Numbered from the stretch's first letter, positions 1-9,801 are shown. The stretch is DNA of 64,000 bases from an uncultured Alphaproteobacteria bacterium (GCA_902524895.1 CABZFH010000001.1:186876-250875); one strand, 5' to 3'. Translations and numbers: made by a program. Notes: generated by a model not told the origin, from the sequence alone.

Positions 1-582
1 AAAATACAATTTTGCAATTTTATTGATTTTTCGTCTAAAAAAAAAATTCTAGATTTAGCAGCTGGATCAGGTGACTTAACCAAAATCATTTATGAAAATT
101 TCAATAATTGTGATGTAACTTTAATAGATAGTAATAAAAAAATGTTAGATGAAGCTAAAAAAAAATTAAGTAAATATAAGCTTGATTTTATACAAAGTTT
201 TGCAGAAAACCTTCCTTTCAAAAAAAGTACTTTTGATTATGTAATTTGTGCCTTTGGAGTGAGAAATTTTACAGATATGGATAAAGCACTCTCAGAAAGT
301 TATAGAACTTTAAAATCAAAAGGTAAATTTCTATGTTTAGAATTTAGTAAGCCTAACAACATGCCTTTTAAAATAGCATTTAAAATATATGGAAAAATTA
401 TTCCAAAGATGGGTAAAGTATTCGCAAATAATGAAAATGCTTACAAATATTTGATTGAAAGTATTAAATCTTTTCCAGATCAGGAAAAATTTTCTAACAT
501 ACTCCAAAAACACAAATTTAAAAATATTGAATGTTATGACATACTATCGGGGATCGCCAGTATTCACATTGGGGAAAAGTAA
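1..582 (+). CDS. ubiE: Ubiquinone/menaquinone biosynthesis C-methyltransferase UbiE, 5' end cut by window edge
   Basis: Frame 1 is open from base 1; the track ORF 142..582 starts only at the first internal Met. SAM-binding motif LDLAAGSGDLT is encoded at nt 49-81. UbiE/MenG-like C-terminal half (FGVRNF, GKFLCLEFS). Confidence 0.85.
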   Translation, partial: KIQFCNFIDFSSKKKILDLAAGSGDLTKIIYENFNNCDVTLIDSNKKMLDEAKKKLSKYKLDFIQSFAENLPFKKSTFDYVICAFGVRNFTDMDKALSESYRTLKSKGKFLCLEFSKPNNMPFKIAFKIYGKIIPKMGKVFANNENAYKYLIESIKSFPDQEKFSNILQKHKFKNIECYDILSGIASIHIGEK

Positions 583-583
583 T

Positions 584-1792
584 TTGAGTAATGTAGTAAA
601 AAAAAAGAGAATTTTAGTTATAGTAACTGGCGGTATTGCAGTCTATAAAACTCTAGATTTAATTCGTTTACTGTTAAAACATCAATTCTCATTAGATTGT
701 ATTTTAACTGAGAGTGTAAAAAATTTTGTTTCATTAATGACATTTGAAAGTTTACTTGGAAAAAAAGTTTTTTCTAACTTATTTACTTTAGAAAATTCAG
801 AAAAAATTAATCATATTCAACTAAGTCAAAAAGCAGATTTAGTAATCGTATGCCCAGCAACTGCGAATTTTATAAGTAAGATGGCAAGTGGTATTGCAGA
901 CGATCTAGCTAGCACAGTATTGTTGGCAACTAAATCTAAAGTCTTTGTGGCGCCTGCTATGAATACTAATATGCTTACAAATATTGCAGTAAAAGATAAT
1001 CTTAAAATATTAAAAAAAAGAGGAGTGGAGATTCTAACTACTTCTTTTGGTAAACTTGCTTGTGGAGCAGTTGGCAAGGGCAAACTTTTAGATGTTGACA
1101 GAATTTTTGAACATGTCAAAAATCATTTTCTTTCCTCAAACCTTTTAGAAGGAAAAAATATTGTTGTAACAAGTGGGCCGTCTGTCGAAAGTTTAGATCC
1201 GGTAAGATATATTAGTAATTTTTCATCCGGTAAACAAGGCTATGAAATTGCACAGGCAATTTCAAATGCAGGAGCAAGAACAACTTTGATAACTGGACCG
1301 ACTAACATTGATCCACCATCAAATGTAAAAGTAATAAAGGTGAAAACAGGAGAAGACTTTTTAAATTTTTCATTAAAAAATTTGCCTGCAGATGTATTTA
1401 TTTCAGTGGCTGCAATTTCAGACTGGAAAATATTGAAATATTCAAATGAAAAAATCAAAAAGAAGAAAAATATAACCCTAAAATTAGTGCGGAATGTAGA
1501 TGTTTTAAAGACTATATCCTTAAGTGATTTAAGACCTAAGTTGCTTGTTGGATTTTCAGCAGAATCGCAAAATCTTAAAAAAAATTCTTTAAAAAAAATT
1601 AAAGAAAAGAATTGCGACTGGATCCTTGCTAACTCTGTGTCTCAACAGAAGGTTTTTAATAATGACTCAAATAAAGTTTTATTTATTGATAATAATCAAG
1701 TTTTTGAATGGCCACGCTTAAAAAAATCTGAGATTGCCAAAAGATTAGTAAGAAAAATTAGTGAATTTTTTAAAATTGAAAGGAAGAATTAG
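584..1792 (+). CDS. coaBC: Bifunctional phosphopantothenoylcysteine decarboxylase / phosphopantothenate-cysteine ligase (CoaBC/Dfp)
   Basis: Flavoprotein N-domain (RILVIVTGGIAVYK, PAMNTNM) plus CoaB C-domain (ITSGPS, SSGKQG, AAISDW). I place the start at in-frame TTG 584, right after the ubiE stop. The track ATG at 455 would overlap ubiE by 128 nt. Confidence 0.88.
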   Translation: MSNVVKKKRILVIVTGGIAVYKTLDLIRLLLKHQFSLDCILTESVKNFVSLMTFESLLGKKVFSNLFTLENSEKINHIQLSQKADLVIVCPATANFISKMASGIADDLASTVLLATKSKVFVAPAMNTNMLTNIAVKDNLKILKKRGVEILTTSFGKLACGAVGKGKLLDVDRIFEHVKNHFLSSNLLEGKNIVVTSGPSVESLDPVRYISNFSSGKQGYEIAQAISNAGARTTLITGPTNIDPPSNVKVIKVKTGEDFLNFSLKNLPADVFISVAAISDWKILKYSNEKIKKKKNITLKLVRNVDVLKTISLSDLRPKLLVGFSAESQNLKKNSLKKIKEKNCDWILANSVSQQKVFNNDSNKVLFIDNNQVFEWPRLKKSEIAKRLVRKISEFFKIERKN

Positions 1793-1798
1793 AACAAG

Positions 1799-2245
1799 AT
1801 GAATACAGTTAAAATAAAGTTTTTTAACAATGGTGAGGGAATTTATGAATTTAAAAAAGCAACCAAAGGAAGTGCAGGTTTTGATTTAAAAGCTGCAATC
1901 TCGAAGTCACTAATTATTAAATCTAAAAGTAGCATATTAATTCCTTGCGGAATTTCATTAGCTCTACCTCGAAATTTAGAGGCCCAAGTGAGACCAAGAT
2001 CAGGGTTAGCGCTAAAATATCAAGTAACTGTTTTAAACTCCCCAGGTACAATAGATTCTGATTATCGTGGAGAAATTTGCGTAATTCTTATTAACCATGG
2101 AAGTAAAAAATTTGAAGTCGAGCCAAAAATGAGAATTGCACAAATTATTTTTACAGAAATTGCTAGTATCAAATTAAAAGAAGTTTCAACCTTAGATGAA
2201 ACAAAAAGAGGTGAAGGTGGTTTTGGATCAACGGGTTTAAATTAG
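1799..2245 (+). CDS. dut: dUTP diphosphatase
   Basis: 148 aa with the dUTPase motifs GSAGFDL, RSGLA, GTIDSDYRGE and RGEGGFGSTG. Confidence 0.95.
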   Translation: MNTVKIKFFNNGEGIYEFKKATKGSAGFDLKAAISKSLIIKSKSSILIPCGISLALPRNLEAQVRPRSGLALKYQVTVLNSPGTIDSDYRGEICVILINHGSKKFEVEPKMRIAQIIFTEIASIKLKEVSTLDETKRGEGGFGSTGLN

Positions 2246-2254
2246 GGGAATGTA

Positions 2255-2707
2255 TTGTTTAAAATTTCAAAAAAAATAATTTATGCCATTGAAGCAGTAA
2301 TTGATATCGCTTATCACACAGGAGAAGATCCAATTCAAAATATTGATATTGCAAAAAGGCAAGGAATTCCAAAAAGATACCTTGAACAGACACTTCAGTC
2401 TCTAGTACGAAGTAGTATTTTAGTTGGCTCAAGAGGTCCCAAGGGAGGATATCGTCTTGCTAAAGAAAAAAGAAAAATAAAAATTTCAGACATAATTCTG
2501 TCAGTTCAAAATACAAAAGAAAATAATCAAAAAAATAAATTATCAAAATCAGAAATATCTGAAAAAATTATAAATCCAATGCTCAGAGAAATTTCAAATG
2601 ATTCGCTAAAAAAACTTGAAAATATTTCTATTGACGACATTTGTTTGCAAGCAAGGAAATTAAATATTTCGTCAAATATAAAAAACAAAGTTGATTTTGT
2701 TATTTAA
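2255..2707 (+). CDS. Rrf2-family transcriptional regulator lacking Fe-S ligand cysteines (CymR-like)
   Basis: TTG start. N-terminal winged-helix typical of Rrf2 (YAIEAVIDIAYH, IAKRQGIPKRYLEQTLQSL, RGPKGGYRLA). Only one Cys in 150 aa, so the IscR/NsrR three-Cys cluster site is absent. Confidence 0.8.
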   Translation: MFKISKKIIYAIEAVIDIAYHTGEDPIQNIDIAKRQGIPKRYLEQTLQSLVRSSILVGSRGPKGGYRLAKEKRKIKISDIILSVQNTKENNQKNKLSKSEISEKIINPMLREISNDSLKKLENISIDDICLQARKLNISSNIKNKVDFVI

Positions 2708-2712
2708 AAAAA

Positions 2713-3651
2713 ATGAAAAAAGCGATATACAATTCTATAACAGAAACAATTGGTAATACACCACTAGTTAGACTGAAAAATATTAAAAAAAAATTTGATT
2801 TGTATGGTGAAATAATTGCCAAATTAGAATTCTTTAATCCACTTGGATCCGTTAAAGATAGAATTGGATTGGCAATGATTGAGGAATCAGAAAAAAAAGG
2901 AATACTTCAAAGTGGTTCTACAATAATTGAACCTACATCAGGAAATACCGGTATCTCGCTTGCGGCAATCTGCGCATCAAAGGGCTACAAGCTTATACTT
3001 ACAATGCCAGAAAGTATGTCAAATGAAAGAAGAAAAATGTTGTTGTTATTAGGAGCTAATTTAGTTTTAACACCTTCAAAGGATGGAATGTTAGGCGCAA
3101 TCAAAAAAGCTAAAGAGCTTAAATTAAAATTCAAAAATAGTATAATATTACAGCAATTTTCAAATTTAGCTAATCCATCTATTCATTACAACACAACAGC
3201 TAAAGAAATATGGAGAGATACTGACGGTAGAATCGATGTGGTCGTATCCGGTGTCGGCACTGGAGGTACGTTAACCGGCGTGGCAAAATATCTTAAGAAA
3301 AAAAATCCAAAAATAAAAATATTTGCGGTTGAACCTGAAGACTCAGCAGTTCTGAGCGGCGGTCCACCCGGTTCTCATTTGATTCAAGGAATAGGTGCTG
3401 GTTTTATACCAGAAAATCTTGACATAAATCTTATTGATGAAGTGATATCGATTAATAACTATACAGCTTTTGATTATTCAAAAAAACTTGCAAAAATTGA
3501 AGGCATTCCTGTAGGAATATCTTCGGGTGCTGCAGTTGCTGCAGCAGTTGAGATTAATGAAAAAAAAACTATGAAAGATAAAAATACTGTAGTAATTATC
3601 CCTTCATTTGCTGAAAGATATTTATCAACACCATTGTTTTCAGACTTATGA
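2713..3651 (+). CDS. cysK: Cysteine synthase A (O-acetylserine sulfhydrylase), PLP-dependent
   Basis: 312 aa. Motifs TPLVRL, PLGSVKDR (PLP lysine), TSGNTG, GVGTGGT. Confidence 0.92.
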   Translation: MKKAIYNSITETIGNTPLVRLKNIKKKFDLYGEIIAKLEFFNPLGSVKDRIGLAMIEESEKKGILQSGSTIIEPTSGNTGISLAAICASKGYKLILTMPESMSNERRKMLLLLGANLVLTPSKDGMLGAIKKAKELKLKFKNSIILQQFSNLANPSIHYNTTAKEIWRDTDGRIDVVVSGVGTGGTLTGVAKYLKKKNPKIKIFAVEPEDSAVLSGGPPGSHLIQGIGAGFIPENLDINLIDEVISINNYTAFDYSKKLAKIEGIPVGISSGAAVAAAVEINEKKTMKDKNTVVIIPSFAERYLSTPLFSDL

Positions 3652-4430
3652 CTCAAATCAAAAAAATAATTAAATTAAATCAGAATCAAATAGAAAGATT
3701 TTCTAGACAAATACTAATAAACGAAATTGGTAATAATGGTCAAATAAAGTTTATGAACATACCTGTAATTATTATTGGATGTGGTGGACTTGGCACAACA
3801 GTCGCAACATATTTATCAATGCTTGGTGTTAGAAATTTAGGACTAGCGGATGATGACAAAGTTTCCTTGAGCAACCTAAACAGGCAAACTCTTTTCAATG
3901 AAAAAGACATTAATGATTCAAAAGTTAAAGTAATTAGAAAAAAATTAAAGCTTATTAATTCTGAAATGAACTTGAAGATTTATGATAAAAAAATAACAAC
4001 AGATAATATTGAGAATATAATCAAAAATTATGAAATAGTTTTAGATTGCACTGATAATTTTAAATCAAGATATTTAATTAATGATGCTTGCTTTAAAAAT
4101 AAAAAAATATTGATTTCTGCTGCTTTACATAGTTTTGAGATTCAATTATTTTGTTTTAAAGCCTGGGAAAATACGTCAAATCCTTGTTACAGATGTATTT
4201 TTCCTGAAAGTGACTTAACTGAAAATATTGGAAATTGTGATAGTTTTGGTATTATATCTTCTGTTGCAGGTTTAGGAGGTCTTTTTCAATCACTATGCGT
4301 TGTTAAAGCTATATTAAAAAAGGATCAACGCATGTACAATGAATTTCTAATGTATGATTGTTTAAATCTAAACCAGAAAAAAATTAGTTATCAAAAAAAT
4401 CCAAATTGTTCCATATGTAAAGTTGTTTAA
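3648..4430 (+). CDS. HesA/MoeB/ThiF-family E1-like adenylyltransferase
   Basis: FSRQIL, GCGGLG nucleotide loop, LSNLNRQ, and two CxxC pairs (CYRC, CSIC) typical of MoeB/ThiF zinc sites. No rhodanese domain. ATGA overlap with the cysK stop. Confidence 0.8.
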   Translation: MTQIKKIIKLNQNQIERFSRQILINEIGNNGQIKFMNIPVIIIGCGGLGTTVATYLSMLGVRNLGLADDDKVSLSNLNRQTLFNEKDINDSKVKVIRKKLKLINSEMNLKIYDKKITTDNIENIIKNYEIVLDCTDNFKSRYLINDACFKNKKILISAALHSFEIQLFCFKAWENTSNPCYRCIFPESDLTENIGNCDSFGIISSVAGLGGLFQSLCVVKAILKKDQRMYNEFLMYDCLNLNQKKISYQKNPNCSICKVV

Positions 4431-4837
4431 TGAATGAAATTATTTATATCTTAAATAGCCAGAAATATTCAGATATTTATTATTGTTTTTGTATGGCTTC
4501 AACAGCAGCAGCTTTAGGAAATAACGTTACTATTTTCTTTTGTAGCTCTAGTTTATCAATTTTTATAAAAGAAGAAGAATTATATTGGGATGAAATAATT
4601 GAAGAAAATAAAATATCTCCAAAAATAAAAAATGAAGAAAATATTCTCTTGGGCCATGCAAGTTTTGAAGAGCTTGTTGAGAGTTCCAGAGAATTAAAAG
4701 TAAATTTTCTTTATTGTTCAATGTTAGAAAAAAAATATCCAATGGATAGATTCTACAAAAATTTAGAGATTAAACCCGCCAACCTAGGAAATATTTTTTC
4801 TCCCAAAAAAAAAGATTCTAAGATAATCTTTATATAG
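4430..4837 (+). CDS. DsrE/DsrF-like (DsrE2-type) sulfur-relay family protein, putative
   Basis: 135 aa. The N-terminal pattern IYILNS...MASTAAALGNNVTIFF resembles DsrE_2 / 'peroxiredoxin-family' proteins. The start overlaps the E1 stop (TAATG). Assignment is from memory of the family pattern only. Confidence 0.45.
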   Translation: MNEIIYILNSQKYSDIYYCFCMASTAAALGNNVTIFFCSSSLSIFIKEEELYWDEIIEENKISPKIKNEENILLGHASFEELVESSRELKVNFLYCSMLEKKYPMDRFYKNLEIKPANLGNIFSPKKKDSKIIFI

Positions 4838-5813
4838 AGTTTGCTTTAACTTTATCTGGTGGAGCTAATCCCTTTGAGAATTTATCAATATTTTTTAATA
4901 CTCTCATTCCCATAGCATCTCTTGATTCTTTTGTGGCTGAACTTATGTGGGGTAATAAAACAGCATTTTTAGAATCTAATAGCTTCGAGCTTACCTGAGG
5001 CTCGTGTTCAAACACATCTAAACCTACACCATGAATTTTTTTTGATGTGAGTTGATCTGCTAAAGCATTTTCATCAATAATTTCACCTCTCGAAGTATTT
5101 ATAATTATGCTAGTTTTTTTCATTAATTGAATTCTTCTTTTAGATAATAAATGAAATGTTTCAGGGGTATATGGGCAATGAATTGATAAAATATCAATTT
5201 CTTTTAACATACTGTTTAAATCATTCCAATATTTAGCACGGTAATTTGATTCAATTTTTTTACTCAGTCTTTTTCTATTATGATAATTAATTTTTAAACC
5301 AAGTGTTTTAGCTCTATTTGCTACGGCGCAACCAATTCTACCCATTCCGATTATTCCTAATTTTTTACCAAATAATCTTTCTCCATGGGTAATGCTAGGT
5401 CCCCAACCATACCATTTTCCCATATATAATTTTTCCTCTGCAGCTTTAACTTTTCTTGAAAGCATTAGTATAAGTGTTAAAACAATATCTGCCGTATCTT
5501 GAGTTAATACCTCTGGAGTATTAGTTACGATAATCTTTTTTTCATGTGCAGTTATTAAATCTATATTATCTACTCCATTACCAAAATTTGCTATCAATTT
5601 AAGTTTTTTTGCAGATTTTAAAACTGAGGAATCAATAGTATCAGAAATACAAGGTACTAAAATATCGATATTTTCAACTTTTTTTCTTAATTCTTTGTAG
5701 CTATACGGTTTATCTTTTGGATTTAAAACTACCCTATAATTGGCAATAAGTTGATTTTCTATTTTTTCTGGTAATCTTCTAGTTAAAAGGATGGTATAAT
5801 TACTTTTGTGCAT
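4830..5813 (-). CDS. D-isomer-specific 2-hydroxyacid dehydrogenase (glyoxylate/hydroxypyruvate reductase type)
   Basis: 327 aa. NAD-binding GIIGMGRIG, a catalytic-region R..E..H pattern (SRG, LDVFEHEP, PHISSAT). Confidence 0.85.
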   Translation of the reverse strand: MHKSNYTILLTRRLPEKIENQLIANYRVVLNPKDKPYSYKELRKKVENIDILVPCISDTIDSSVLKSAKKLKLIANFGNGVDNIDLITAHEKKIIVTNTPEVLTQDTADIVLTLILMLSRKVKAAEEKLYMGKWYGWGPSITHGERLFGKKLGIIGMGRIGCAVANRAKTLGLKINYHNRKRLSKKIESNYRAKYWNDLNSMLKEIDILSIHCPYTPETFHLLSKRRIQLMKKTSIIINTSRGEIIDENALADQLTSKKIHGVGLDVFEHEPQVSSKLLDSKNAVLLPHISSATKESRDAMGMRVLKNIDKFSKGLAPPDKVKANSI

Positions 5814-6263
5814 AAATATGTTTTTTTTTCAATTTTCATTTTAATATTAATATTTATATCAAATGAAATAGCCTGTATGGAAAAAAAAAAATTTTTATCA
5901 ACTAAATATAATGAAGTTAATGTAAGAAAGGGACCTGGGAAAAATCACTATGTAACCAGTATTTTTTTAAAAAAGTGTTTTCCATTAGAAATCACTTCTA
6001 CTTTTGATTCATGGATTAAGATTATTGATATAGATGGTGATATTGGTTGGGTTTCAAAAAGTCAACTATCTGAAAAAAAATGTGGAATAATAATAAAGGA
6101 TACCAAACTTTATACATTTCCTAATAAAAAATCAAAAAAAACTGCAATTCTTAAAAAGGATTTAATAATAAATATAAAAAAATGTGAAAAAAAATGGTGT
6201 AAAGTTAAACATAAAAATTTTTCTGGTTGGATTGAAAAAATTGTTTTTTGGGGACCAAATTAA
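5808..6263 (+). CDS. Secreted SH3-like domain protein (DUF1058-type)
   Basis: GTG start. Hydrophobic N-terminal signal (FFSIFILILIFI). Two SH3b-like segments (VNVRKGPGKNH...GWVSKSQL; CKVKHKNFSGWIEK). This family commonly neighbours the 2-hydroxyacid dehydrogenase in alphaproteobacteria. Confidence 0.6.
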   Translation: MHKYVFFSIFILILIFISNEIACMEKKKFLSTKYNEVNVRKGPGKNHYVTSIFLKKCFPLEITSTFDSWIKIIDIDGDIGWVSKSQLSEKKCGIIIKDTKLYTFPNKKSKKTAILKKDLIINIKKCEKKWCKVKHKNFSGWIEKIVFWGPN

Positions 6264-6266
6264 AAA

Positions 6267-7667
6267 TCACAATCCTTTACAAATCCGATCTACAAGTTCT
6301 TTAACCTTTGGAATGAATCCGTTCTTATAGAAAGGATCAGACGCAAATCTGTAAGCTGAATGGCCAGCAAACATTAATTCGTTCTCTATTGACGAAATTC
6401 CATGGCTAATTCTTTGAAGAGTTTTCTGTATACAAAAAGACCTAGGATCAGCTTTTTTCCCAGTTGTCCCCTTTTCATTTTGAGCCCAATTACTAAATAA
6501 GCAAGACGACAAACATCCCATACAATCGATTTGGTCTTTTAAGATTTGTCTAGCTTTTTTCAATGTTACCCAGATCAATGTATCGTCTGGGGTAGTTAAA
6601 GGTTTAGCGAATCCTTTTTTGATCCACTCTAATATTTTTGATTTATCAGTATGTTTGACATAATAAGCTCTTTTCCTTGGTCCAATTTCGAGTTTTTCAT
6701 TAAATTCATTTGTTTGTTCTCTTAAATATGGTGTCTGTCTTACTGACCGATTTTCCAATTCTATTAAAAAATCATTCCTCAGTGCTGAAGAATAGAATCC
6801 TGTTGGACTAAATCTATGAAGACTTACATCACCAGGCTTGATAGTTAAAAGTCTCTTTTTCCAATCATCAGGAATTGGACTTTCCTGAGTCAACAAAGGC
6901 CTAGTCCCAAATTGAAAACATATTGGTCCCAAATCCTTATTATCAATCCAATCTTCCCATTCATCAAGTTTCCAAACTCCTCCTGCCATTATTATTGGAA
7001 TGTTATTAAGTTTAAATTGATTCATTAACTTTCTTAACTCAAGAACTCTTGGAAAAGGAGCTTGAGGTTCGAGTGGATTCTCACTATTTGATAGCCCGTT
7101 ATGTCCACCTGCCAACCAAGGATCTTCATAAACAACACCTCCCAAATATTCGCTAGTTTTTTTATACGATCTTTTCCAGAGTGCGTTAAATGCTCTTGCA
7201 GAAGAAACAATTGGATAATAATAGACTCCAAAAGAAGCTGAAATCTCTGAAAGTTTATATGGCATACCTGCTCCACAAGTCACTCCATCAATTAATCCAT
7301 TAGATTTCTCTAATGTTTGGGTTAGGATCGTTTCGGCTGCTCCCATTTCCCAAAGGATATTTACATGTAAGGCTGCATTCTTTCCCGCAATATCTCTAGC
7401 AATTTTGGCCTGATCAATTGCTCCTTTTACAGAGAAATCAATTAACTCCTTGTGTCTACCTGTCCTCGTTTTCTCTTTATATTGTTGGGGTATTAATTTA
7501 CCATTTTCGTCATATGAGTCAGCATTAACACCTGAAAAAGTACCAATCCCCCCTGCTTTTGACCACGCTCCTGAACTACGACCACTACTAACTGAAATAC
7601 CTTTCCCACCCTCTATTAAAGGTAAAACTTCTTTTCCTGACATTTTAAGCGTTTGTAATGTTTTCAT
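6267..7667 (-). CDS. Nitronate monooxygenase (NMO/2-nitropropane dioxygenase)-family FMN oxidoreductase, long form with Cys-rich C-terminal region
   Basis: 466 aa. TIM-barrel NMO-like motifs (GGKGIS, CGAGMP, IIMAGGV, FQFGTRP). Extra roughly 200-aa C-terminal region containing C382-x2-C-x3-C and C412. Confidence 0.6.
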   Translation of the reverse strand: MKTLQTLKMSGKEVLPLIEGGKGISVSSGRSSGAWSKAGGIGTFSGVNADSYDENGKLIPQQYKEKTRTGRHKELIDFSVKGAIDQAKIARDIAGKNAALHVNILWEMGAAETILTQTLEKSNGLIDGVTCGAGMPYKLSEISASFGVYYYPIVSSARAFNALWKRSYKKTSEYLGGVVYEDPWLAGGHNGLSNSENPLEPQAPFPRVLELRKLMNQFKLNNIPIIMAGGVWKLDEWEDWIDNKDLGPICFQFGTRPLLTQESPIPDDWKKRLLTIKPGDVSLHRFSPTGFYSSALRNDFLIELENRSVRQTPYLREQTNEFNEKLEIGPRKRAYYVKHTDKSKILEWIKKGFAKPLTTPDDTLIWVTLKKARQILKDQIDCMGCLSSCLFSNWAQNEKGTTGKKADPRSFCIQKTLQRISHGISSIENELMFAGHSAYRFASDPFYKNGFIPKVKELVDRICKGL

Positions 7668-7684
7668 AGTTTTATTTTTTATTA

Positions 7685-9766
7685 TTAAGAATCAATAGCA
7701 TCTTTTAAACTTAGTTTAACCTTTCCCCTGTCATCGATTGCAATAACTTTTACTTTCACTATATCGCCTTCATTGACTACGTCTGTTGTTTTTTCAACTC
7801 TTTCAGGTTTTAATTGACTGATGTGTACTAATCCATCCCTTGATCCCATAAAATTAACGAATGCTCCAAAATCCATTGTTTTAACCACTTTACCTTCGTA
7901 AATTTTACCTACTTCAGGTTCAATTACTATGTCGTTTATCATACCAATAGCGATATCTCCAGATTGTTTATTTTTACAAGATATTGTTATATTTCCATCA
8001 TCGTCTATTTCAACTTTAGCCTCGGATTTTTCACAGATATCCCTTATAACTTTTCCACCTGATCCAATAACATCTCTTATTTTATCTTTTGAAACCTTCA
8101 TCTGTAAAATTTTAGGTGCATTTTCATTAACATCTTTTTTAGGTTTTTGTATGACCTTTGCCATTTCAGATAAAATATGGAGTCTTGCTACTTTAGCTTG
8201 AGATAACGCCCCTTTCATAATTTCCTCCGTTATTCCTGTAATTTTAATATCCATTTGTAAAGAAGTTACTCCTTTTTCACTTCCTGCAACTTTAAAATCC
8301 ATGTCGCCAAGATGGTCTTCATCCCCCAAAATATCAGTCAAGACAGCATATTCATTTTCTCCCATTATTAAACCCATCGCAATTCCTGCAATGGGAGTTT
8401 TTATTGGTACTCCTGCATCCATCAAAGAAAGTGAAGTTCCACAAACTGTTGCCATTGAAGAAGAACCATTCGATTCAGTAATTTCAGAAACAACTCTTAC
8501 AGTATACGGAAAACTATCTGCTTCTGGCATCACAGGTCTTATAGCCCTCCATGCAAGTTTTCCATGACCTATTTCTCTTCTACCAGTTGATCCTATTCTT
8601 CCAGCCTCTCCAACTGAAAATGGAGGAAAGTTATAATGCAACATAAACTTTTCAGTTACATCACCGTCCAATGTATCAAGTCTCTGTTCATCACTGCTTG
8701 AACCAAGTGTTGTAACAACTAAAGCCTGCGTTTCACCTCTAGTAAAGAGTGCACTTCCATGAACATTTTCTAATATTGAAATTTTGGAGTCTAAATCTCT
8801 TACAGTTTCTAGATCCCTTCCATCAATCCTTTTTTTTGTTTGAAGAATTGCAGATCTTACAATATTTTTTTCTATTTTTTTAAAAGAGTTTGAAATTATA
8901 TTAGCTTCGACTTCAAATTTTTCTTCATAATTCTGAAATACCGAATTTTTTAGTTCGTCAAGAGAATTAGATCTTTTTGATTTCTCTTTAATAGAATAAA
9001 TTTTTTTTAACTCAGGTGTAATTTCTTTTCTTAACTCGTCAAAAAATTCAGGAGTTTTCTCCTCCTCAATCACCCATGATTCCTTTGCTGATTCCTCTGC
9101 AAGACTGATTATACTATCAATAACAGGTTGAAATTGGTCAGAACCAAACTTGACTGCACCCAGCATTATATCCTCAGAAAGTTGATTGGCTTCAGACTCA
9201 ACCATTAAAACTCCATTTCTAGTTCCGGCCACTACTAAATCTAGTTCAGTTTCTTTCATCTCCTCAACAGTCGGATTCAAAATATAATCACCATTAATAT
9301 ACCCTACTCTCGCACAACCAACAGGGCCTAAAAAAGGCAAGCCAGATATTGTTAGCGCTGCTGAAGCACCAATCATAGCACAGATTGCTGGATCATTTTC
9401 TAAATCATAATTCAAAACTGTACAAACTACCTGCGTCTCATTATTAAAGTTATTGTGGAACAATGGTCTTAACGGCCTATCAATTAATCTCGAATTAAGT
9501 GTTTCAATTTCGGACGGACGGCCTTCTCTTTTAAAAAAACCACCAGGTATTTTTCCTGCTGCATATGCTTTTTCTACATAATGAACAGATAATGGAAAAA
9601 AATCTTGTGATGAATCACTTTTTTTTACTGCACATACTGTGCACAATACTGAAGTAGATCCTAATTTGGCTAATACAGCACCATCAGCCTGTCTGGCTAT
9701 AGTTCCTGTCTCTAGAGTTAGCTTCAAGCCTTGCCAATCCAGTTCTTTGGTTATTGTCTTAAACAT
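7685..9766 (-). CDS. pnp: Polyribonucleotide nucleotidyltransferase (PNPase)
   Basis: 693 aa. Two RNase PH domains, KH ([12 protein letters not shown]) and S1 ([18 protein letters not shown]) domains. Located downstream of rpsO. Confidence 0.97.
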   Translation of the reverse strand: MFKTITKELDWQGLKLTLETGTIARQADGAVLAKLGSTSVLCTVCAVKKSDSSQDFFPLSVHYVEKAYAAGKIPGGFFKREGRPSEIETLNSRLIDRPLRPLFHNNFNNETQVVCTVLNYDLENDPAICAMIGASAALTISGLPFLGPVGCARVGYINGDYILNPTVEEMKETELDLVVAGTRNGVLMVESEANQLSEDIMLGAVKFGSDQFQPVIDSIISLAEESAKESWVIEEEKTPEFFDELRKEITPELKKIYSIKEKSKRSNSLDELKNSVFQNYEEKFEVEANIISNSFKKIEKNIVRSAILQTKKRIDGRDLETVRDLDSKISILENVHGSALFTRGETQALVVTTLGSSSDEQRLDTLDGDVTEKFMLHYNFPPFSVGEAGRIGSTGRREIGHGKLAWRAIRPVMPEADSFPYTVRVVSEITESNGSSSMATVCGTSLSLMDAGVPIKTPIAGIAMGLIMGENEYAVLTDILGDEDHLGDMDFKVAGSEKGVTSLQMDIKITGITEEIMKGALSQAKVARLHILSEMAKVIQKPKKDVNENAPKILQMKVSKDKIRDVIGSGGKVIRDICEKSEAKVEIDDDGNITISCKNKQSGDIAIGMINDIVIEPEVGKIYEGKVVKTMDFGAFVNFMGSRDGLVHISQLKPERVEKTTDVVNEGDIVKVKVIAIDDRGKVKLSLKDAIDS

Positions 9767-9801
9767 TTTTCTTACCTATATATTGTGAAATCCATTTTTT
9801 A

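Noticed and set aside
455-583. The track's long N-terminal extension of coaBC starts at ATG 455.
   Set aside because: It would overlap ubiE by 128 nt, and the extension has no homology to Dfp. The conserved flavoprotein domain begins right after the in-frame TTG at 584.
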